This document shows positions 57,115 to 64,000 of a stretch of DNA of 64,000 nucleotides, one piece after another. The stretch is from Candidatus Bathyarchaeia archaeon (GTDB lineage Archaea > Thermoproteota > Bathyarchaeia > TCS64): positions 1 to 64,000 of the forward strand of contig JBEKDF010000001.1 in NCBI GenBank assembly GCA_050014495.1, in the 5' to 3' direction. A model generated the notes under the pieces. It saw only the letters and a program-made list of their open reading frames with translations, did not search any database and was not told the DNA's origin. The first letter of the stretch is position 1. Every line of letters starts with the position of its first letter. Both the position numbers and the translations under genes were made by a program.

Positions 57115-59982
57115 CTAGATGAACCGCTTCTTCAGAGCGTCTCTTTCAGCGTCAATTATCCTATTGAAGAACTCGTCTGACTCACCCTCTGTCTGGGCGA
57201 GTATATCCCAAGCCGATGTGAGATCAACACGCTTCGCCGAGCCAATAATGGCGGCTCGGCGCCCATACATGGACACGAGTTTGCTGATATCCCTCCCCCT
57301 CTCCCACCACTTAGGCTTCTCCTTCGAGCTCCGACCCCTCTCCTGGCTAAGTATCTCCTGGACTTCCTCCATAGAGCGATCGTAGACGGCGATCTCGGTG
57401 GAGCCACAGATGGGGCAGACGAGCTTCCCGGGCAGGTCCCTTATCCTTTGGGATTCGGCCCAGTCGTGCTTCCCGTGACAGGTCAATATTCGAGTCTCAC
57501 CGTAGAGTCGTGCCTTAGCCGACTCAAGGATGATCCTGTCCATCTTCTCAGGTGGCACAATATCGGTCTTCATGCTGATACCCTCGACCGCCATTTTACC
57601 CAGGGGCGTCAGCTGACCCTTTGTATCGAGGACGACGACCTCTATATCCCCCTCAGCCATCTTCTTGAGAAGACTGATGGTTCCCTCAACGTCGAGGTCG
57701 AGCCTGTAAGTGTCCTTGAGAGCCTCCTCGTAGACTGCGGTGTTCTCGAAGCTCTTCATAAGTCGACCAAGGGTTACATTGCTGAAGTCAGCGAATTTAC
57801 TCAGCGCACCAGCCTTCCGTGCGACATTAATTAGACGACGCTTGAAGAGCCCCGTCTTCTTCACAGCATCTTCTATGATCTTCTCCACGTCCTTGTTGGC
57901 GAGGGTCTTGAGCATCCTGGCGACATATCGGGTGTCAATCTCACCCACGGTCTGAGTTGCCATCATATAGGTCTCCTGCTGGACGCCAACGGGATACCCA
58001 GTTTCCTCACTTATGACGTGGCCAATTACACGGGCTAACGTTCGATTAACGAGCGTCCCAAAGTTGGCGTGGATTAGAACATTGTCCTCCCATTCCTCGA
58101 GTAAAACACGCTTGTCTGTGGGGGCGGGGTATCCTGCCATGTGGTGGTCGACCTGTTCCCTGATGACGCGCTCCATTGTTGATTGGGTAGCAGGATAGAT
58201 CTCAGCGAGGGCGGAGGCAATGAGCCTCGGTGAATCACCATTAACGAGACCGTCTTCGATCTGTGCCTTGATTCTTCCAACCTCAAGGGCGACTTCGAGG
58301 GGCACAGGTATCTCCTCACCGATCCAGCTCGGGATTGCACCAGTGGGGTCGTCCTCAGCCTTGACATATATCTTGTCGTTGTGGACATTCAAGATCTTCC
58401 AAGCTCTTCCCCGAAGGGTGAATTTCACACCAGGCTTTGCATACTCAGCCACAAATGCTTCTTGAAGCACACCGACGGGGGACTCGTCCTTCGCCTCGAG
58501 GACAAGGTAGTCCTTTTCATCTGGTATCATGCTCAGATTGTTGAAGAAATAGGTGTAGATGGTCTTCCGACTACCCCTCGGGCGGATGATTAGCTCGTCC
58601 TCCGCCGAGACCCAAGCGAGGCGTGGGAACCTATTATGCATATAGCTGGCCACGAACTTTACATCCTCTGTTGTGAGGTCGCGAAATGGGTACGCACCCT
58701 TGAAGAGGTTGGCAACTTGGAGGAAGTAGAGGCGCCCCCGTGCCATCAACTCCGCTGTTATCTGGTTGACCATCACATCATATGGTTTATCTGGAACCCT
58801 GAGTGGTTCCATAACTTCACCGAGAGCGCGACGACAGATCGCCATAGACTCGAAGGCGTCATTGCTGTTTAGGCTGATGATCACGCCCTTCGAGACCCTG
58901 CCTAGACGGTGCCCACTCCGCCCCACCCTCTGTAGGAGCCTCGTCACCTGTCTAGGACTGTTATATTGGATTACGAGGTCGATGCTACCGATATCGATGC
59001 CCAACTCTAGGCTGCTCGTGCAAATGACCGTTCGAATGTTCCCCTCCTTTAACCCCTGTTCTGCTGCAATCCTGCTAGTCTTCGCCAGCGAGCCATGATG
59101 AATACTTACTGGGAACTCCGTGTCCCAGAGATTGAATCTGCTCGCCAGCATCTCGCTAGTGCTGCGTGTGTTTGTGAACACGAGTGTTGTTTGATGCTCC
59201 TCAATTAGGCGACGGATTGCACGTAGGCGCGCCGAGACCTCGGGGTGAGTGAAGAGCGTCGTCGCTGTCTCAAAATCCTCCGCCTCCGGCTCGGGGAACA
59301 TAATTTCAAACCTCGTCTCTCTGAGGGCGGAAACCTGTATGATCTCCACTGATCTATCCGTCCCAACGAGAAACTGAGCTACCCTCTCCGGGCTACCAAT
59401 GGTGGCACTAAGCCCAATCATCTGGGGTGGCTCTTGTGTCAGTTCTCTCAATCTCTCTAATCCAAGAGCAAGTTGACTCCCCCTCTTGTTGTCAGCCAAC
59501 TCGTGAATCTCATCGATAATTATCCAGCGGACACTTTTCAGGTACTGCTTCAGAGTTCTCCCAAGTAGAATAGCCTGGAGGGTCTCTGGCGTCGTAATGA
59601 GCATGTCAGGTGGGTTCGTTCGCTGCCTATTTCTCTCCTGGTCCCCAGTATCGCCATGGCGTATCCCGAGCTTGATGTCGAGCCTGTTACACCAGTAGGT
59701 CATCCTGTCGAGGATATCCCTATTCAAGGCGCGGAGTGGGGTGATATAGAGGATACTAATCCCGGGTCTTCGTTGCCCCAACATTAGGAAGCGATCCATT
59801 ACGGGGAGCATCGCCGCCTCCGTTTTACCCGTCGCAGTGGCCGAGATCAAGAGGACGTTCTTCCTCTCGAGGATGAGAGGAATGATCCTCCTCTGCGGCT
59901 CAGTCGGCTCCGTAAACCCACGCTCTTCTAGAAGGCGCCGAACAGGCCTGCATAATAACTGGAAGACATTATCCTCGGCCAA
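57115..59982 (-). CDS. lhr: Lhr-like SF2 DEAD/H helicase
   Basis: PTEPQ, TATGKT, PLRALNRD, TTPETL, DEIHE, LSAT, HHGSL, SLELGIDIG, QRVGRSGH, IP.W.GE; C-terminal Zn-ribbon-like region. Confidence 0.9.
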   Translation of the reverse strand: MAEDNVFQLLCRPVRRLLEERGFTEPTEPQRRIIPLILERKNVLLISATATGKTEAAMLPVMDRFLMLGQRRPGISILYITPLRALNRDILDRMTYWCNRLDIKLGIRHGDTGDQERNRQRTNPPDMLITTPETLQAILLGRTLKQYLKSVRWIIIDEIHELADNKRGSQLALGLERLRELTQEPPQMIGLSATIGSPERVAQFLVGTDRSVEIIQVSALRETRFEIMFPEPEAEDFETATTLFTHPEVSARLRAIRRLIEEHQTTLVFTNTRSTSEMLASRFNLWDTEFPVSIHHGSLAKTSRIAAEQGLKEGNIRTVICTSSLELGIDIGSIDLVIQYNSPRQVTRLLQRVGRSGHRLGRVSKGVIISLNSNDAFESMAICRRALGEVMEPLRVPDKPYDVMVNQITAELMARGRLYFLQVANLFKGAYPFRDLTTEDVKFVASYMHNRFPRLAWVSAEDELIIRPRGSRKTIYTYFFNNLSMIPDEKDYLVLEAKDESPVGVLQEAFVAEYAKPGVKFTLRGRAWKILNVHNDKIYVKAEDDPTGAIPSWIGEEIPVPLEVALEVGRIKAQIEDGLVNGDSPRLIASALAEIYPATQSTMERVIREQVDHHMAGYPAPTDKRVLLEEWEDNVLIHANFGTLVNRTLARVIGHVISEETGYPVGVQQETYMMATQTVGEIDTRYVARMLKTLANKDVEKIIEDAVKKTGLFKRRLINVARKAGALSKFADFSNVTLGRLMKSFENTAVYEEALKDTYRLDLDVEGTISLLKKMAEGDIEVVVLDTKGQLTPLGKMAVEGISMKTDIVPPEKMDRIILESAKARLYGETRILTCHGKHDWAESQRIRDLPGKLVCPICGSTEIAVYDRSMEEVQEILSQERGRSSKEKPKWWERGRDISKLVSMYGRRAAIIGSAKRVDLTSAWDILAQTEGESDEFFNRIIDAERDALKKRFI

Positions 59983-60146
59983 GGCGTAAAGACCTTCAGT
60001 CGGCTCAGATAAAAACCATATCCAACATGTAAGACATCATCGTGAAACTATCAACACTACGCTTGAATGCTTATTTTCTAAACACGTTGAAAATATAGCA
60101 TAAACAACGCTTTAACATACATAGATTTAAAGGCGAGTAATACAGC

Positions 60147-60208
60147 CCATCACTCCGTATATCGGGCTCCTAAAAGGTGGCCGAGTATACAAAGAAAGGA
60201 GTGAATGG
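60147..60208 (+). promoter_or_regulatory. Structured 5' leader that may sequester the Shine-Dalgarno
   Basis: Nested complementarity CACTCC/GGAGTG, GTATA/TATAC, TCGG/CCGA; TTTAAA box at 60126-60131. Confidence 0.5.
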
Positions 60209-60209
60209 A

Positions 60210-60377
60210 ATGGATTACCGCGAAAGGCGCAGCTTCGACCGTGGACCACGGGAAATGTACAAGGCGACTTGCTCAGACTGCGGAAAGGAATGTGAGGTTC
60301 CTTTCAAGCCAACCGAGGGCAGGCCCGTCTACTGCAACGAATGCTTCGCTAAACACAGGCCACCGAGAAGGTACTAA
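60210..60377 (+). CDS. CxxC-x17-CxxC zinc-binding small protein
   Basis: REMYKATCSDCGKECEVPFKPTEGRPVYCNECF; SD AAGGAG upstream. Confidence 0.9.
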   Translation: MDYRERRSFDRGPREMYKATCSDCGKECEVPFKPTEGRPVYCNECFAKHRPPRRY

Positions 60378-60511
60378 GCCCGAAAGTGAGCCGTATGCGG
60401 GACGAGCCCGCGCGAGAATCAGTTTTTTAAAGTTTTTATGATTAAAGATGTCCAGAAACGCAACACCTTTTTAATTACCCGTCAACCCCTCGAAGGGTTG
60501 AGGACTAGAAT

Positions 60512-61966
60512 ATGACCGGGAACCAATCCTCAGAGAAGAAGGAACTCATCAAGAAAGAGAACTTCAGCGAGTGGTTCGACAACATTCTACTGGAGGCAAA
60601 GATTGCGGATGATCGCTACCCTGTAAAGGGCTTCACGGTCTATACGGGGTGGGGCTTCGCCACGGCCAAGCGTATTATCGCGATGTTAGAGGAGAAGTTG
60701 GATGCCTCGGGTCATGACCCAATGCAGTTCCCGGTTGTAATACCCGAGGACAGCTTCCAAAAAGAAGAGGAGCATATCAAGGGGTTCAGCGGTGAGGTTT
60801 TCTGGATTACTCACGCGGGGGAGAACGAGCTTGAGAGGAGGCTGGTACTCCGCCCAACAAGCGAGACAGCTATTTACCCCATGTTCAAACTATGGACTCG
60901 AAGCCACGCCGACCTCCCAATCAGGATGAATCAGACCTGTAACGTCTACCGCTATGAGACTAAAGCCACCCGCCCGCTGTATAGGGGGCGCGAATTCCTC
61001 TGGAATGAGGGGCATACCGCCCACGCAACCTATGATGAGGCCGAGGCTAATGTTAGGATGGCAATCGACATCTATAGCCAAGTCTATGACACTCTTGGCC
61101 TCGCATACATCCGCCTCAAGCGCCCCGATTTCGACAAGTTCGCGGGAGCGGACTATAGTGTCGCATTCGATGCATGGAATCCAGATGGTAAGTCAAACCA
61201 AATCGGCACCGTCCACCAACTAGGCTTCAACTTCGGTAAAGCCTTCGAGATCATGTACGAGAACGAGAAGGGGGAACAGGTCTATGCCACAAACACATGC
61301 TATGGGATGGGTTTTGGGAGAACGCTGGCAGCAGTCATCAGTCAACACGGTGACGACCACGGACTTATTCTCCCACCTGTAATAGCCCCGAAGCAAGTGG
61401 TGATCATCACAATCCCGGTCAAGGGGAAGGAGGAGATAACAAAGACTTACGCACGTGAAGTCTATAGAGTCCTCACAGACGCTGGAATCAGGGTTGTAAT
61501 AGACGATGATGACCGACTCCGCCCCGGGGAGAAGTACTACAAATGGGAGATGTTTGGAGTCCCGCTCAGGGTTGAGGTCGGGCCAAGGGAGGCAGAATCC
61601 AAGACGATCACGTTCGTACGCCGCGACACCTTCGAGAAGAGCAAAGCAGAGCTTAATAATCTTCCAAATGCCACAAAGGCACTATTTAAAATAATTCAGG
61701 ATAGCCTCGCGTCAAGAAGCAGAAAGGTATTCGAGGAGCGTCTCACGACTGCATCAACAACGGAGGAACTTCGCGACTACATGGAACAGAAAAAGCTCGT
61801 CCGAATTAACTGGTGCGGTGACGTTAGCTGCGCTGAGAGGCTGAAGGAACAGGTTAGTGGCGAGATAAGAGGCACACTGTGGGACCACCACGAGGAACCC
61901 ACAGGGCCCTGTTTAGTCTGTGGAGATCCAGCCAAAAGCGTAGCTTACGTCTCGAGAACATACTGA
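60512..61966 (+). CDS. proS: Proline--tRNA ligase (archaeal/eukaryotic type)
   Basis: FSEWF, YPVKG, LRPTSET, YRYETK.TRP..R.REF.W.EGHT, HGDD.GL.LPP.IAP, C-terminal Y. Confidence 0.96.
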   Translation: MTGNQSSEKKELIKKENFSEWFDNILLEAKIADDRYPVKGFTVYTGWGFATAKRIIAMLEEKLDASGHDPMQFPVVIPEDSFQKEEEHIKGFSGEVFWITHAGENELERRLVLRPTSETAIYPMFKLWTRSHADLPIRMNQTCNVYRYETKATRPLYRGREFLWNEGHTAHATYDEAEANVRMAIDIYSQVYDTLGLAYIRLKRPDFDKFAGADYSVAFDAWNPDGKSNQIGTVHQLGFNFGKAFEIMYENEKGEQVYATNTCYGMGFGRTLAAVISQHGDDHGLILPPVIAPKQVVIITIPVKGKEEITKTYAREVYRVLTDAGIRVVIDDDDRLRPGEKYYKWEMFGVPLRVEVGPREAESKTITFVRRDTFEKSKAELNNLPNATKALFKIIQDSLASRSRKVFEERLTTASTTEELRDYMEQKKLVRINWCGDVSCAERLKEQVSGEIRGTLWDHHEEPTGPCLVCGDPAKSVAYVSRTY

Positions 61967-62060
61967 GTTATAGGGCATAATTAAAAAGTTCACAAACCCG
62001 TGGTTCGCACAAGGTCCACATATAGTAAGACCAATCTGGAACCAGAACATAGAGTATTGT

Positions 62061-62597
62061 ATGGAGCCCATCTACCAGCCTTCAGAGGACTCGTACCTCC
62101 TAAATAGGCACGTCAAGCGACTTGTTGAGGGACAAGTCCTAGATATGGGGACAGGTAGCGGTATACAAGCAGTGACCGCGGCTCTAAAGTCAGAGGTTAG
62201 CCACGTCTTGGCAACAGATTTAAACCCTTCAGCCATCGAGGCGGCGAAGATTAGGGCTATCGATGCAGGAGTCATCGACAAGATAGACTTCGTAGTGACG
62301 GACCTCTTCGAAAATGTGCAAGGCGTCTTTGATTGGATCGTCTTTAACCCACCTTACCTCCCATCAGAGGGAGGCCTATCCGATCATACATGGAACGGAG
62401 GTCTTAGAGGCGATGAAGTGATCGAGCGTTTCCTCATAACCGCAAGGGATCATCTAACCCCCAAAGGCTCCATCTTGCTCGTATTCTCATCAGAAACAGG
62501 GATCAATCCCGAGGGGCATGGCTACAGCTGGGAAGTCCTTGAGAAGATCACTCTCTTCTTCGAGTTGCTCTACTGTGCGAAGCTCAGCCCAATTTGA
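62061..62597 (+). CDS. HemK2/MTQ2 family methyltransferase
   Basis: IYQPSEDSYLL, LDMGTGSG, FNPPYLP, GG..G..VI.RF. Confidence 0.9.
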   Translation: MEPIYQPSEDSYLLNRHVKRLVEGQVLDMGTGSGIQAVTAALKSEVSHVLATDLNPSAIEAAKIRAIDAGVIDKIDFVVTDLFENVQGVFDWIVFNPPYLPSEGGLSDHTWNGGLRGDEVIERFLITARDHLTPKGSILLVFSSETGINPEGHGYSWEVLEKITLFFELLYCAKLSPI

Positions 62598-62663
62598 GAC
62601 CAATAACGAAAACTACTAGAAAGCTCGCCACGCAAGTGTGTGTGACAGCTACTTCAAAGAGAA

Positions 62664-63611
62664 TTAAGCTGGGACTATATGTGTCCCCGTCTTGCCATTG
62701 AGTGCATCCACGGCCTTCTCGAGGCTCGTTATAATGGCACGCTCGCCACCTCTATCGACGAAACCGAGAGCAGCCTCCACCTTAGGACCCATGCTTCCCG
62801 CCCCAAACTGCCCTTCTTGGAGACGCTTCTTGGCCTCAGGAACAGTCATCTTATGGATTGGGGCTTGTGAAGGTTTACCATAGTCCATCATTGCATACTC
62901 TACGTCGGTTAGTATTAGGAGGATGTCGGAGCCTACCTCCTCCGCAAGCTTCGCACCAGCCCGGTCTTTGTCAATAACTGCATCTACACCCTCAAGGTCA
63001 CCTTGTTTATTTCTGAAAACGGGTATGCCGCCGCCCCCAGAAGCTATGACTACCATTCCAGCCTCGACCATGATGCGTATAGCCTTAGCCTCGACTATGC
63101 CTAGGGGGAATGGGGAGGGTACAACGCGCCTCCATGTCTTGTCACCAGTTGGTCGGACTTTCTTCACCACATAGCCCCGTTCTGCTGAGAGTCTCTTGGC
63201 CATCTCCTCTGTGTAGAAGGGGCCTACAGGTTTTGTTGGGTCCTTGAAGTCAGGGTCTTCGGGGCTTACTAGAACCTGCGTGACGATGGTGGCAACCTGC
63301 TTTCCATCGACGTCTAATATATTGTTTAGATGCTGCTGCATCATGTAACCTATCTGGCCCTGTGTCATAGCACCGAGCACGACGAGGGGCTGAGGTGGTA
63401 CCTGGTCTGTAGCAGCCTCCTGCTGGATCGCAAGGTTACCTACCTGGGGACCGTTGCCATGGGTGATCACGAGTTGGAATCCATGTCTCACGAGCTGGGC
63501 TATCTGTTTGGAGGCGATCTCGACGTTCTTCATCTGCTCTTCGAAGGTCCCCTTCTCATCGGGTTGCTTGATGGCGTTCCCGCCTAGGGCGACCAGGACA
63601 CGCTTGGCCAT
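62664..63611 (-). CDS. arcC: Carbamate kinase
   Basis: VALGGNAI, THGNGPQVG, TQG.IGY, PTKPVGPFY, RRVVPSP, GGGGIPV, AVIDKD, GSMGPKV. Confidence 0.95.
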   Translation of the reverse strand: MAKRVLVALGGNAIKQPDEKGTFEEQMKNVEIASKQIAQLVRHGFQLVITHGNGPQVGNLAIQQEAATDQVPPQPLVVLGAMTQGQIGYMMQQHLNNILDVDGKQVATIVTQVLVSPEDPDFKDPTKPVGPFYTEEMAKRLSAERGYVVKKVRPTGDKTWRRVVPSPFPLGIVEAKAIRIMVEAGMVVIASGGGGIPVFRNKQGDLEGVDAVIDKDRAGAKLAEEVGSDILLILTDVEYAMMDYGKPSQAPIHKMTVPEAKKRLQEGQFGAGSMGPKVEAALGFVDRGGERAIITSLEKAVDALNGKTGTHIVPA

Positions 63612-64000
63612 ATTTCACGCTTCCTTGGAAGGATTAACCGTTGAACGAATCTCGTTAAAAAAAGTTGTCCTAGATGATGCAGAAAAGGCATCGATAAGAC
63701 ACGAATGGATCAGCTAGCTTTCATCTCCACTCGTACCCTATAACATAAAACTCTACCAAACGGGGTATAACGCGTCAAATCAACATTAAAAAATCGGTAG
63801 TGGGTCTCGCGCCCTACAAAAACAAAACATAATCCTATAGATTTAGCCTGCGCTCTCTAATATACTGAATTAAAAGAACTCATTGATGAGAAACTGGAGT
63901 AACCCAGTCATCAATTAATTTCCATCTCTATGTATACTTCGTTGGGTACTCTTATGCGCATTATGCTGCGCATTACGCGGTCGCGTGCATCGATCTCGAT

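Noticed and set aside
1..64000. CRISPR array, rRNA genes, integrase or transposase
   Set aside because: No regularly spaced 25-40 bp repeats, rRNA-like sequence or recombinase/transposase motifs were seen; the CG tracts are too short and irregular to be an array

Overview
Archaeal chromosomal window. The archaeal-type Trm1, ProS, Lhr and HemK2, an intron-less tRNA-Ala(UGC) and a coalescin-like SMC operon suggest a TACK lineage, most like Bathyarchaeia (inference from gene content only). The left half (1-32 kb) is largely a patchwork of accessory genes and pseudogenes ending at tRNA-Ala. It includes a 1845-aa DUF4011/SF1-helicase/Vsr-like (Hhe-type) defence candidate, a UbiB kinase, PLP enzymes, peptidases and an MGE-like remnant. 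The right half is mostly metabolic or housekeeping (galK/galM, purD, scpB, ltaE, trm1, rlmE, lhr, proS, arcC). Three things stand out. (1) Short alternating purine-pyrimidine (CG)n tracts sit at most accessory-gene boundaries and exactly at the breakpoints of two large internal gene deletions, suggesting an undescribed recombination or end-joining signature. (2) An ArgG-like/ArgH-like/ThrC-like operon has remodelled substrate or catalytic motifs in all three enzymes, suggesting a non-arginine pathway. (3) A short, apparently hinge-less Smc5/6-type ATPase has kleisin-like and kite-like partners, in addition to a separate canonical ScpB. No CRISPR array, rRNA, integrase or transposase was seen. 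All calls come from reading motifs by eye, and no searches were run.
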